Shown piece after piece: positions 25,195 through 38,475 of a stretch of 64,000 bases of DNA. This DNA is from Octopus vulgaris. Lineage: Eukaryota. The notes under the pieces were generated by a model. The model worked only from the letters and a program-made list of their open reading frames with translations, made no database searches and was not told the DNA's origin. The stretch covers positions 23,808,001 through 23,872,000 of the forward strand of contig OX597815.1 of assembly GCA_951406725.2 (NCBI GenBank), read 5' to 3'. The position numbers and the translations under genes are program-made. The number at the start of each line of letters is the position of its first letter. The first letter of the stretch is position 1.

Positions 25195-25565
25195 AGTGGC
25201 TGTGTGGTAAGAGGGTTTTCCACATGGTTCTTGATTCAGTAGCCCAGCATGGCACTTTGGGGGTAAGTCTTCCACTATAGCTCTTGAGTCAACCAAAGTC
25301 TTCTGAGTGGATTTGGTTGACAGAAAGTGAAAGAAGCTCATCGTCTACATATATATATATATATATATATATGATTGTGTCCTCAGGTTTGTATGTTTTC
25401 CCCGTTTAACCGATGTTGGTTTGTTTACGTCCCCGAAACTTGGCTCGACATGAGAAGAAAAAAAACAATAGACTAAATAGCGGGATCTAAAAAACGAAAG
25501 GGCTGAGGTCGATTTGTTCGACTAAAACACTTCGTGACCAAGCTCCGGCGTGACTGAAACACAGA
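25195..25565 (+). mobile_element. Degenerate family A SINE
   Basis: GTGGCTGTGTGGTAAG head with a diverged body. Confidence 0.75.
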
Positions 25566-26943
25566 AAGATATACGTTCACACATGCAAGCAACACCGGCT
25601 GCTAGTGTGTGTGTATATAAAAGAAAAAAACAAAAGAGATGACAGAGGAATAAATGATAATCTATATACATGTATGTGTGTGTGTAATGAAGAATTTAAC
25701 TGAAATCAAACTGAGCCACGCATGCAGCCTTGGCTACGTTTTGGTCTTATGAGAGAATGTAGCTACCGGAAGTAGTTTTAAGAAGGATGAAATTAAAGTG
25801 TTTATATTTTATTGTAAACAGCGGAGTTTCATTGGAATATTTAACAGAAAATAAGTTTTGTTATTATATAAAATAAATTTTGATATTATGGTAAATAAAA
25901 AAAAATACGATTTAGTTGTTTAGATTTTGTTTTTAGACCTATCCCGCAGCAAACTTTCTGTTATTAAACGTACATTACTTGTTTACTTTAGAAGTCACTT
26001 CCAGTTATGAAAAATGGGTGAAAGCTGAATTGTGTTCGTAGAGCAACGTATATACCCTTTATTTTGTGGCTGATGGTGTACATCCAGTAGATTATACATT
26101 CACTCTAGTTGCACCTTGTTGAGTCTCCGTCTTTCTCATTTTCTGAGAGCGGTTTCACTTTTCGACAATTATAATTTTTTTCCACTTAATTAAGGTATTA
26201 ATAAAAGAACATTGGCATGAACAGGGATTAAACGTACGGCTAGGTGTTCGTTTAAACCAGGTGCTGCCTCGAGACGAGTCGCACTACGTACGATAAACAC
26301 GGGGGTCTGCCACACCTGAAACTTTGCTTTGTGCACATGCGTTTTGCACTAGCAGTTGTGCACTCGTGCTTTTATACACAGCAGTGAACACACACGCACA
26401 CCCCTCCCCATAATTTTCGTTAAATATGTTCCTTAGAGATACCAAATGCATCAAAAAGAAATATAAGCTAGATTATATTTTCTATCCTGCAAGATAACGA
26501 TATAACAATCTTAGAATTATGCAGAAGACAGCTAAGCTAGCTACAAGACAAATTAATAGGTGAAAGTAACAAAAAATTTTAAATGCCTGATTTAAAAAAA
26601 AAAATTGATGTGTTTTACATAATATTAAATATTTTATTGTTTCAACATTGAGTAAATGTAAGAATTTGTCAGAACAGAGACGAATAGATTAATTAATAAA
26701 GATTGCTTTTAATTTTCGTTCTCCACTGCCTTATAGGAAATTATTGATTTTTATCGCCTACTTGAAGTGTCAGTTGACAATCTCCAGTAAGCTACTGTAG
26801 ATAAACCAAGTTAGGTATCACCTCTCTTCTAGGCAAGTGCAAACGCTGTGGTAATGGTGGTAGGTTGTCGGTGTCGACGGTAGCCTGTTTAATACTAGTG
26901 GATCGTAGTTGATAAATATCCAATTTATAAAACCGTTTTATTT

Positions 26944-26954
26944 CCGCCATTTTG
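26944..26954 (-). promoter_or_regulatory. YY1-type CAAAATGGCGG motif in unique CpG-containing DNA; possible start of a - strand transcript
   Basis: Exact CCGCCATTTTG on the + strand. CRE-like TTACGTCA near 27370, TGACGCAA near 27605 and ETS-like CCGGAAGT near 25766. Confidence 0.4.
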
Positions 26955-28169
26955 GTCATCGGGGAGAGGAGAAAAAAAAAACATTTTTTAAAGGATGAGA
27001 TACCTACCTAATAAGATGACTACACACACGCACGCACACACACACACACACACATACACTCTTGTATATTTATGAAAGAAAGTAATCCATGAGAGTTTAT
27101 ATGAATAAAACTTGATACAAAAAGTGCTATGTAGACTTTTTTTGACGAGAATATATGTATGTGCGTAATCAATCAACATTGTTATAATATATTATCTCAC
27201 ATGCATTCTTTGTGAACTAAGTTACATATACACTTGTAAAGTAAGCATGTGATATTGTAACGAAACAAGGGGATGGGAAGTGAGATGTTATGTATGAAAG
27301 TGGCTTCCGTAAGACGTCGTGCTTCTCACCAGCACAATTTCCATCGTTGTCAGCAGTTTGGCGCCTTATTACGTCATCAAAGCTGTTACGATTTGGGCCA
27401 TGTTAGGTATTTGGGTATAACACGTTTGTCTAGCGGTCAAATAAAGATTTCATGCAAATGAATCTTCCTCTCTTTTATTTCACACACACACATACTATGG
27501 TATATATATATAAATATATATTTGTTTTGTAATCCGAACAGGAAAATAAAACACAAAACAATTAAGATAATTTTTTTTATTAATAATCGCCAGAAGTTAC
27601 TGAGTGACGCAAGTGCCGAGTTTCGTGCATTAGAACATATCGAACTGGTTTCAAATCAAGGTGGAGTTTACATTTATAACCAGTATAAACATGTTAACCC
27701 CTTTGATTTGAATTTGTATAACAACGATATATGTTTAAACTTTTAAGAAAGTCTTGCATATTTTAACTCATCCACGTACAAATTGTAAAGTTCATGTTAG
27801 CCCATTTCTTTCTTTGCTTGAAAACCTTAGCTTCTCCAGATTGTAGTTTAAGCATTTATTAATATGACTGAGTGTACCACAGGTTTCAAAGCGGCTGCCC
27901 TTAGCTATTCTCCATCTCACTGATTTTAGAAGTGATGTTCACATCTGTGGAGCAACTAACCTCTATAATTTTACTTGACTTTTCTTCTCTGTTCCATATA
28001 ACTGTGTTGTAATTAGAAGTTTTGATGGGAATATTGCACCATTATTCTTTGTTCTGATATGTATACATCCCATTGCAGAGGTGTTGTTTATATTTATCCC
28101 AGAACAATCTTTTCTATGGATGGCATTGTATCATTGTGAATTGTTTTGACAACAATATAATGTCTCAGC

Positions 28170-28600
28170 AAAGCAGCGAGCTGGCAGAATCGTTAGCACA
28201 CTGGGCGAAATGCTTAGCAGTATTTCTTCTGTTGTTACGTTCTGAGTTCAAATTCCGCCGAGGTCAACTTTGCCTTTCATCCTTTCGGGGTTGATAAATT
28301 AAGTACCAGTTACGCATGGTGTCGATGTAATCGACTTAATCTCTTTGTCCTTGTTTGTCCCCTCTATGTTTAAGCCCCCTTGTGGGCAATAAGGAAATAA
28401 GAATCGTTCCTGTGCCAGGCAAAATACTTGGCGACATTTCATCCATCTTTACGTTCTGAGTTAAAATGCCGCCAAGGTTGACTTTGCTTTTCATCCTTTT
28501 GGAGTCAATAAAAATAAGTACCAGTTGAGCCCTGGGATCAATGTAACTGACTTATCCCCTACCCCCAAACTGCTGGCCTTATGCCAAAAACTGAAACCAA
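28170..28600 (+). mobile_element. Two tandem family D SINEs
   Basis: GCGAGCTGGCAGAATCGTTAGC...GAGTTCAAATTCCGCCGAGGTCAACTTTGCCTTTCATCC, then a second diverged copy from about 28400. Confidence 0.85.
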
Positions 28601-30185
28601 AATAATGTTTCAATGGGAAGTAGTACCTTGATCACATTTTTGGCCAGCTGCTGATTATTCGTCATATTCTCCACAGAAGTGTGACATAATCAGCTCCTGT
28701 CACTGCATCTTGGGATTTTGAGAGCTTTGTTATCCCATTTGTTTGTGAGATATTTTGTCATTCATTATCTCCTGCTCTTTGATTGCAAAAATATAGCTTT
28801 TAGAATGCTACGTAATGTAGCAATCACAAGTCATTGCTATTTTTTTTGCAGTTCATTGGAAACATATCCACACATAACCATTTTTTGTGGCATATAGAAT
28901 CTTACTCTTTCATGTGTATGGATGATGACCACTTTGTTTTTAAATCCAGACCTCATTCTCAGTAACATCCATTCTCTCTATATTTTCTGCCTATCACCCC
29001 TTTCTCTGCTTCCTTGAGATACATCTTAGGACAGCCATTACCTTATCTTTGCTATATTTGCTATTGTTCTCATCACCCCAGCATAACTGATGTTGATGAC
29101 CTACCCTTCCCCTTTGTCTTTCACTTACACTGTAGCTAACCTTATGTACCTCTGACATCCATCTCTGTCACTGTACACCTCTCTCTCTTTCTTTCTTTCT
29201 CTCCACATATATATCTTTTGCACCCCTACTTTCCCACCCCCATATCACACAATCCTGATCTAGATGCTCTCCTTCCTTCCCACACTAGATAGATAGATAG
29301 ATACCTATCTATCTATCCATCTATTTATCTATCAGCCTATCTACCTACCTATATTTCTATCTATCCATCTCCATTGTCAATAGACTCTCATTAAAAAAAA
29401 ACAAAAAACAATGTTCTCTTCTAAACAAAACTATCAAAAAACATGTTTTATATAAATGAACAAGCTGTTTGTACATTCACAAACTTTTATTTGAGAAGTT
29501 TGAGAAATGAATGAAAGTGCTAATAATAATAATGATAATGTAGAAATAAAAAAAATTTTCCAAAATTCTGACAATTTTTTTCTCACACCCGTTTAATACA
29601 ATAAATAAGTTAATTGCATTGCAATTAAAAACATTTATGTATTAAGAATCTGGATACTTTACCAACAGTATATTGGATAAATACTATCCCTTAGTGGGTT
29701 ACACCCATAACCCCAAACTTAATTTGTGTTATATATATATCTTTAGTCCAGCCCATGCCAGTCTTGAAGGCAGACATTAAACAGTGATGATATATATATG
29801 TGTGTATATATATATATAACGGGAAGGTTTACGAAAATAAACAAAAGACGAAGGCAGGTGGAGTACAAACAAACAATTGTATTAGTATGGCGCTCAGGAA
29901 TAGAAATAAAACAAGTCTTTTACGTTTTGAGCTTACGCTCTTCGACAGAAAGATACACAGAAAAGAAACATGTATATAAAAAAAACTTGCATATATATAT
30001 CTATTATCCGACAACCCTAACCAGTCTCAGTAGTTATCAATTAGTCTTCCCTACCTTTCCTCCAATCTATATATATATATCTTTAGCCCAACCAATATAT
30101 ATACAAATATCTTTCGTCCAACCCATGCCAGTCTGGAAGGCAGACATTAAACAGTGATGGTATGTATATGTGTATATATATATAT

Positions 30186-30399
30186 ATCAACAATCAAGGA
30201 ACGGCCATAATAGGCCATTCACCCACTAGAAATAACAGCCAAAGCTTCAACCGCAAATAAAAATTAATTCCGTAAACCAGGAGAAAATTTAAAAAACATT
30301 TACCCTGGTTTACGGAATTAATTTTTATTTGCGGTTGAAGCTTTGGCTGTTATTTCTAGTGGGTGAATGGCCTATTATGGCCGTTCCTTGATTGTTGAT
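30186..30399. repeat. Perfect 96-bp-arm inverted repeat
   Basis: Arms 30186-30281 and 30304-30399 are exact reverse complements with a 22-nt spacer, inside a (TA)n tract. Confidence 0.92.
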
Positions 30400-30498
30400 G
30401 TTGAACTTAAAAATGGTCTATGACTATTTAATTTTTTCCCACTAGGCCGCTGGTGGCAAAAAGATTCTACAAAATTTTTTTTTGCCACCCTATATTGA

Positions 30499-30543
<45 letters not shown>

Positions 30544-30544
<1 letters not shown>

Positions 30545-30682
30545 CATCATCATCGTTTAACGTCCGCTTTCCATGCTAGCATGGGTTGGACGGTTCAACT
30601 GGAGTCTGGGAAGCCCAAAGGCTGCACCAGGCCAGTCAGATCTGGCAGTGTTTCTACAGCTGGATGCCCTTCCTAACGCCAA
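30544..30682 (-). mobile_element. Family B element, 5' truncated
   Basis: (GAT)n tail and conserved body. Similar fragments at 32637-32830, 44678-44862, 51030-51156(+) and 51957-52099(+). Confidence 0.85.
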
Positions 30683-31249
30683 CATGCATGAAAATATCTA
30701 TAGTCCGATAACCCTAACCAGTCTCAATAGTTATCAATTAGTCTTCCCTACCTTTCCATTAATCTGCATTTATCATCCCTCAATACTTCATTATATTTAC
30801 TCCCTCATCAGTTCCCCATCTCTAACTATCCCTGACTCTCCCCATACTCTATTGCAACCTCTACCAACCCACACTTCCTCTCCTGTCCCCACTCTCTTTT
30901 ATTCACCTTGTACCTTGATGGTCCACCCTGACACCTTATCACCACTATTTTATCTCTCAAGCTCCTCCCTAGTTACTTCCACCTTCTTTTCTATAATGTG
31001 AGTAGCTATTTGGCTCCTCAACAGCAAGAAACCTGCTCTGTTCTGGCTTCTACTTTCACATTTTAACCTCACATATCCTAGCATTTCTACTGTAGCACCA
31101 CTCAGTCAAAGGAGCTCTTTGTCTTGCAAGCTGCATAGCAACCACACTTGTATTGGGTCAGGAGATGAAGGGTTGCAGGGATGGTTTGCGGAAGAGATTA
31201 GGTTAAGGACCTAGTTGTGCATGTACACAAACACAGTGTGTTTTAGAAT

Positions 31250-33230
31250 CTCAGCTTTATCAAAATTAGTGTCTTCTCAAGTTCTACATATAACCAGACA
31301 GCCCATCCCTTTGTCATCTTCTCCACGAAGTTCAATGTCCTGAGATCAGCTTTCACCACTTTGTCCCATGTCTTCCTGGGTCTCCTTTTTTGCAAGCTCC
31401 ATCCACAATACATGATTGGTACTTTGTTATACAGGTATCATCATCCATACACATCACATCTCCATACCAGCACAGGCTTCTTTCTTGTACTCTACATCTG
31501 ATTCCTCTTATGCCTAATTGTCTTCTCAACACAAATACACTTTGCTGTTCATGCATGCTTATTTTGCACACCCAATGGAGATTACTCCATTTTTTTCCAT
31601 TCCTCTAAAGTCCTCTACATTCAAGGCCTATGTCTCTCTATCATTCAGCTTCGCAGTTCTAAAACAAATGTCATACAATCTGCCCTTTTACTCTGAGAGA
31701 AAAGGCTTTCATTGCCAGTAGTGGTAGTAGCTCCTTGAAATTTTACCTACTCTTTCTTATTCTAGCTACTACACTTTTAGAGCAAGTACTTCCCTGCTAA
31801 ATATGTCCACTAGGTAACACTCTCCTACCCTGATGTAATCTCCAGGGATACAGGCATCCAGCAACAGGACCTCCGTAATGCCATGAGGGACTGTGAATTT
31901 TGGCGTAGCATGGTAAATTCCATTTTCTCGACCACGGTTGAACAATAATACTAGGTAACAAAAGCTCTCAACTATTTCTAGTGAGCCATCTGGGCATTGA
32001 AGGTAATTTCTTTCTAGTGTACTCATAGTAGATATCATTCCAATACTCCTATCAAATACAAAGCTATCTTTCTACCTGTATTTCTACTACACTTTTGTGT
32101 CCATAGCTTACATTGGGTATAGCATATGGAGTTTATACTTAGTCCTTATCTGCATATCGAGTAAGATCATTTCCCCGAATCTTATCTGCTTTACTACTTA
32201 CTAAAACCTTAGTCTTTGTTAAGTTTACCCTGAGGCCCTCATTTATAGGTCTAGCTTTCATGCTGGAATGATTTTCTTTAATTCTACTATAGATTCAGAG
32301 ATGTATAGGAGTTCATATTGACAGGCAGTCTTAAACTTCTTTGTGATGGCCTGTAGGATTGTGATAAATAGAAGAGGACCAAAGACTGAATCATGATGAA
32401 TTCCTACTTTCAAGCTAAATTTGTCACCAAAATCATTAACTCTCACTTTATTTACTGTATCTTTGAACATGGATAGTTTGTACAACCTTCACAAGCCATT
32501 TATTTACACCTAATTTCCGTAGTGATCACTAAATTACTGAACATGGTATCCTGTCAAATGCCATCTTCAAGCCAATGAAAGCTAGGAGAAGTACTTAACT
32601 CTTTGTTAAGTACTTCTCCTGCTGCTACCTCACTCATCATTATCATCATCGTTTAACGTCTGCTTTCCAAGCTAGCATGGGTTGGACGATTTTGACTGAG
32701 GGCTGGCGAACCAGATGGCTGCACTAGACTCCAATCTTGATCTGGCAGAGTTTCTACAGCTTGATGCCCTTCCTAACACCAACCACTCTGAGAGTGTAGT
32801 GGGTGCTCTTTGTGTGCCACTGGCATGGGAAAATTATTTCCATGCTATTTCTTCTGGGTACTTTGCCAAACTGCATCTCATGTAGGTCTACTCTGTCATG
32901 TATCATTTTTGTTATGACTCTGTGACCTTCGTGACCTGAACCAGTAGTACGATTCCTCTATAATGTCCTCTCTCTAAGGCATCTCCTTTGCTTTCGTAGC
33001 AATTTACAGTGATGCTGTTACACCGGTCATTGGCTATGACATTAATTCTCCAGGTGGTAATCACATATCCTACCTCATCAGATATGTTGAACATCTCTTC
33101 AGCTATCTCTGATGGGCTTGCAGCTTTCCATCTCTTCATGCCTTTAAATGCTTTATCTAGCACACTGGGGTCAACATGAAGTAGTGGGGTCAGCATGAAG
33201 TAGCCCCTCTTTATCCCATGCATTCCCCAC
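31250..33230 (-). mobile_element. Decayed RTE LINE (reverse transcriptase region)
   Basis: MKRWKAASPSEIAEEM...KGDALERGHYRGIVLL, KVGIHHDSVFGPLLFITILQAIT...ELLY, LEIVESFCYL and RSLCWYGDV are RTE-clade motifs broken by frameshifts. Confidence 0.85.
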
Positions 33231-33507
33231 ATTCAGCAACCTTTCCTAATAGTACCTCCATGCTTCTTATATCCCATATCAATGGTGAGATTGGTTGGTG
33301 ATGAGGTGGTTGACTTGTTTCCTTGTCTTGATATCACGTGCTGATTGTAAATGAGCATCACTGCCATACAATTATCACTTACCAGCCCTTGCACCAGTAG
33401 TGGTTTTTTGTTGGTGATGAGAAAAGGGGCTGGAACTGGTTTCTTGCTGTAGAAGAGCTTCAGTCTTGATCTAAATATATATATGTGTGTGTGTATATAT
33501 AGTATAA

Positions 33508-33832
33508 GGCACATGGTTCAATAGTTAGAGCATTGGGCTCACAATCATAAGGTAGTGAGTTTGATTCCTGGTCTGGAGCAAGACACTTTATTTCACGTTG
33601 CTCCAGTTCACACAGCTGTAGAAATGAGTTGTGATGTCACTGGTGCCAAGAAGTATCTGCCTTTGCCTTTCCCTTGGATAACATCAGTGGTGTTGAGAGG
33701 AGAGGATGGTATGCATGCATGGGCAACTTCTGGTCTTCCATAAACAACCTTGCCCAGACTTGTGCCTCAGAGAGGAACTTTCTAGGTGCAATCCCATGGT
33801 CATTCATGATTGAAGAGGGTCCCCTTACCCTT
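33508..33832 (+). mobile_element. Degenerate tRNA-derived SINE
   Basis: TGGTTCAATAGTTAG ... GAGTTTGATTCCT A/B-box-like head followed by GAGCAAGACACTT. Confidence 0.7.
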
Positions 33833-34438
33833 TATATACATATATATACACACACTTACACCAAAGTTCTTGATTCTTGAAATTATTTTCTCTTCTCAAT
33901 CAGAGTTGATCAAAATTGTCACCAGGTAAGCTAATTTCAACAAATTAAAAATTTATATTAATGTACAAAATTCACGCCACTTTCTACACTGAGTCATTTC
34001 TGTTCTAATTATGCTAGTCCATATATGTTTTCTACTCTTTTTGTATATATCTAAATTTTACATCTACTGAAATCAAGGTGGAACAAATGATGATACTTAT
34101 TGAGACAGAAACTTGTGTCCACAGCTTTCCTCTTATGTCCAGAAAATAGGTTATCTTTCCTTTTTTCAATGGCATGTTGATTCCAGAGAATATTCTTGAG
34201 ATTATCTCCCCTTCTCATTCAGAGTTAGTCATAATTGCCACTAGGCATTTGTTTATTGTCTCTCAAAGGAAAGATAATTTCAATAAATCAATAATTTATC
34301 TTGTGTGATGTATAATATACCTTTATTTGTCTTTGTTACACAACTTCGTGTCACTAGCCATACTGACTTATTTGTCTTTGCTCAAATTTGTTTTATATGT
34401 AATATCTAACTAACTGTATGAATAAATAAATAACTACA

Positions 34439-34785
34439 TATCATCATCATCGTTTAACGTCCGCTTTCCATGCTAGCATGGGTTGGACGGTTCAACTGGG
34501 GTCTGGGAAGCCCGAAGGCTGCACCAGGCCCATTTTTTCTACAGCTGGATGCTCTTCCTAACGCCAAACACTCCGTGAGTGTAGTGGGTGCTCTTTACGT
34601 GCCACCGGTACAGGTACCAGGCGAGGCTGGCAATGGCCACGATCGGATGGTGCTTTTTACGTGTCACCGGCATGGAGGCCAGTCGGGGCGGCACTGGCAA
34701 TAGTCACGTTTGGATGGTTCTCTTATGTGCACCGGCACTGGTATCACAACTACAATTTCCATTGATTTTGATCAATTTCGATTAG
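34439..34785 (-). mobile_element. Family B element with three 5' monomers
   Basis: (GAT)n tail and three GTGC(T/C)TTTACGTG-type modules. Confidence 0.85.
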
Positions 34786-35128
34786 TGGTTTTACAATACA
34801 TTTGGGAATAAAATACTTGAAAGGCGTCAGGTAATTAACTCAGTCATATGGACCATATTAACAAACAATACTTGTAATTGGATGAAATCTAATGTAAAGT
34901 CACCAGAAACAAAACATTGAGTACTACAAATGGTTGCAGATCAAAGATTATTTGGATTGACTGTATTCTAGACAAGTTCCTTTCATTATTTTTCAAGTGG
35001 CCAGCAGTTTGCTTCCCAACCATAAGGTTTCAGGTTCAGTTGCATTGCATATCATCTTGGGCAAGTGTCTTCTGTTACAGTACCAGATCAACCTAAGATT
35101 AAAGAGTGGATCTGATACACAGAAACTG

Positions 35129-35455
35129 GTATGAGGGGCTCTGAAAGGGGCCTCAGGGAGTAGCGTCCCTGCTTTCCCGAGCTAGCTTTCCACCACATTT
35201 CTTAAAAATTGTGGTAGAGGCCTTGGTCTCGGAACCACTCGTCTAAAAACTGAGGTTGGGAGTAAGCAAGGGCATGCTCCCGATAGAAAATCCAGCTCCA
35301 AAAAAGCCTCATGATAGCAGAGGAAAATGGGCACCAGCCAGCTCAAAGGTTGGGGTTTTCTGCTCCTGCCTACTTCGGTTGCTATGACATTGAGGTAGAT
35401 CCGGCCACTCCCGTTAACGGGGACAAAACTCAGATTTAAAACACTGGTGGATGAT
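35129..35455 (+). mobile_element. GC-rich RTE-related short element inserted into a family A SINE
   Basis: GAAACTG duplicated at 35122-28 and 35456-62. GATGAT tail. GTTGGGAGTAAGCAAGGGCATGCTCC parallels the family B body motif. Confidence 0.7.
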
Positions 35456-35723
35456 GAAACTGAAAAGATTGTTGTGTTTATATATATGTGTGTGTGTGTA
35501 CGTGTGCGTGTAAGTTTCCATGTTTGTTTACACTTCTTTGTTTGAAAGCTTGAGCTGTGTCATTCTTGGTGCTTCAGTCAATAATTTGTCTGCTTGCTTT
35601 GTGCCTTTGAAATCATGTTGAATAAACGATCTCTAAGTTGAAAAACAAAGGTTATGATCAAGAAAGCATGTTAACATGGAAAAATGTGGATAAAATATCT
35701 ATATCTATCTATTTATATATATA

Positions 35724-35910
35724 TCTCTTCTATATATATAAACGGCAAAATGTCTGCGTGTGTCCTTTATATAAATCCACAATTTTTCAGTTAGAGGGCT
35801 CGCACTTTCTATGGTCATTCAAAACCGTCCAAGGGTGGTCGTGCACATCTTTACATTTCCCCAGTCACCCTGTAAAGCCATTAAAAAATCAATTGAAGTG
35901 ACTTTTGGAA
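35724..35910 (+). mobile_element. Helitron 5' fragment (same family as 2823-3185)
   Basis: Reverse complement of about 3000-3185. Confidence 0.75.
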
Positions 35911-36045
35911 ACAAGTAAGGGTTTGCAGCAAGAAAGGTATCTGCTTGTTGAAAATTTGCCTCAACAAATTCCATCTGACCCATTCAAGCATGAAAAGGTT
36001 AACATAAAATGGTGGTGGTGGTGATGATTATATATATACATACAT

Positions 36046-36235
36046 GTCAAAAGTTATGGCCAGTTATAGAGTGGCCATTGGTTTCACACCTATAAAGTGC
36101 TCAGCAGTATAGGCAACTTGTCAGACTCAAGTGGCTTCAGCTGAAGCCATATGAGTTTTAGGAGTCACCTATACTGCTAAGCCCTTTATAGGTGTGAAAC
36201 CAATGATCGCTCTATGACTTTCCATAACTTTTGAC
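36046..36235. repeat. Spacerless palindrome with decayed hammerhead in both arms
   Basis: Centre GGCTTCAGCTGAAGCC. The consensus of the two arms is gagt-CTGAnGA-g..cacctata...tataggtg-GAAAC-caatg-GTC-actc. Confidence 0.8.
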
Positions 36236-36351
36236 TTCCTAAAAATATATTACTGCTCTAATGCTTTAGAGTGTGCTTCTTTTTTGGATAAGTTAACTAT
36301 TGATGATATATAATATATATATTAGAAGGTTTGGAGGTGATGTACAGGTAT

Positions 36352-36592
36352 TATATATTAGAAGAAATAAGGTACTCAGAAATCTGGATGGTTTTATATT
36401 TACAGATTTTTATTCATATGTCACATGTTTTTATAAATCACATATTAGCGCTTGCATCTACTCTAGTAGATTCAAATCTGAAGAGTCTACTAGAGTAGAT
36501 GCAAGTGCTAATATATGATTCATAAAAGCATGTGACATATTAATATAAAACTGTAAATATAAAACCATCCAGATTTCTGAGTACCTTATTTC

Positions 36593-36604
<12 letters not shown>
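36352..36604. repeat. Palindrome in (TA)n with hammerhead-like relic
   Basis: Arms of about 115 bp. At 36478 it reads CTGAAGA-gtctact-ag-agtagat-GCAA-g(t/c)gc-TA, with GAAA changed to GCAA in both arms. Confidence 0.8.
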
Positions 36605-36631
<27 letters not shown>

Positions 36632-36784
36632 GTAAGATCTCGGGATTGAGGTGTAGAAAGAAAGTTAGTGAATATTAAAAAAACAACTTTCAGGAATAAT
36701 AGTGGTTTATTGAGATGGAAGGCTGCGGGTTTTTTTTCGTTTTGTTGAAGAAGGGTATGCTGAAAAAAGTTCTTATATAACCTT

Positions 36785-36867
36785 GGCCTGAAGAGTAGCT
36801 GGTGTTATACACCTCACTTGGGTTTTACCACTTCTGAGATTCCACTCGCTATGAAACATATGTAGCC
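36785..36867 (+). ncRNA. Minimal type I hammerhead ribozyme (intact core)
   Basis: GGC-CUGAAGA-GUAGC...GCUAU-GAAAC-AUAU-GUA-GCC: helix I GGC/GCC, helix II GUAGC/GCUAU, palindromic ACAUAUGU and a GUA triplet. Confidence 0.78.
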
Positions 36868-38418
36868 TGGGATTTCCCATACTCCATTCCGTAAATCTTG
36901 TGTTTGTATATATATATATATACTCACATACATACACAGATATGTGTATGAATAACAGAATTTAGGTGAGTGTGTGTGAATAGATGTAGTATGACTGAAT
37001 GGTTAAGAAATTTTCCATGCTCTTGAGTTGACATATATCTTGTGAGTGAATTGAGGAAAATGGAAAGTGCCTAATAGTTTAATGGGTGGATTGTGCCTGC
37101 CATTCAAAAGGTACTGCCTTATCACATATTGTGTCACTATTTTTTTTTTTGTTCCTGCAAGTGACATTAAGAGTACACGTGTCTGTGGAATGCTCAGGCT
37201 ATAAGAAGTTAAATCAGGAGTAGGTAATTCAGTTCAGCGACCAAAATCCTCATCGACGTACGACGGAGATCCACCAACCTAACACATTTTCACACACACT
37301 GAAGAATCGTGTCTACGAATAATGTTATTAAAGAACAGTGCCAGAAATTATTTAGAGCGCCAAAAACCGTAATTTCTTTTAATGTGTGTTTTAAGCATCG
37401 TAGATTACGAATTTGAACAAAATAAATAAACAAATATTTTTGTGTATTTTTTGTTTAGTTTACAGTTTGTTTTGAAAAATTTTCAGGTTTACATTTTAAA
37501 GATCTGTGATGATTTACCAAAAATATTTGTAACATACATCTGAAACAATTTTAGAAAAAAATGTCAAAACTGAAAAATTACGGAAAGGGGGTGCAACCGC
37601 GCAATTTTAGTTTTTTTAATATATTTTTTAGCACGTTTGTAAATCGACAATGTTGAGAACATACACATCGAAGAAAACATGATTTTTGGCGCATTACATA
37701 AATTTCCGTAGGAATACACATTACGCGCACGCACATACACAATATGCAATTTTTGTGTGTGAGAATGAATGTTCTCTCACCTATGCATTACCCCTCGACA
37801 CAATAAAACGGAAATATTCAATATGAAGAAAGAACAAAAGCCTCTTGGAAATAAATACGCAAAAAATGCTTATACAATTAAAAAAAAAACTTCTATGGAA
37901 AGCATTAGGAAGAAACTTTTGAAAACTAAATTTAAGGCAAAAACAAAACTAAACAAAAACGGAATAAACTGTATTAAACCATTAAAACAGTATAAGTTAA
38001 ACTTTCCAAGATTTCGCTTAATAAAAATATATATTATAACATTAAATGGTAATTTATTTCCTTGTCTTGGCTTTTTTTTTTTAAACATCCTTGCTATTAT
38101 TTTGACCTGGTATTTATAATTTCCATTGTATTATATAGTGAAAAGTTGAGTAATCGTTTCTATTTTCTGAATTGCTTTCATTTGGAAATTCTACAACCTT
38201 AGTCATTTAAATACAATAACGTGTGTGTATGTGCTGGTATACGTGCATAAAGATGTTACTGGGAGAAATATTTTAGGTTAGAGATATCGCAGGAGACAAT
38301 TACGTAGTGAGATCCCCCGAATGAATTACACGTTTAACTCATTCCCATAGATACGAGTGTGTGTTTGCATGGTTTGCATACAAGTATGTAAATGCTTGTG
38401 TGGTGGTGTACCTTGATT

Positions 38419-38475
<57 letters not shown>

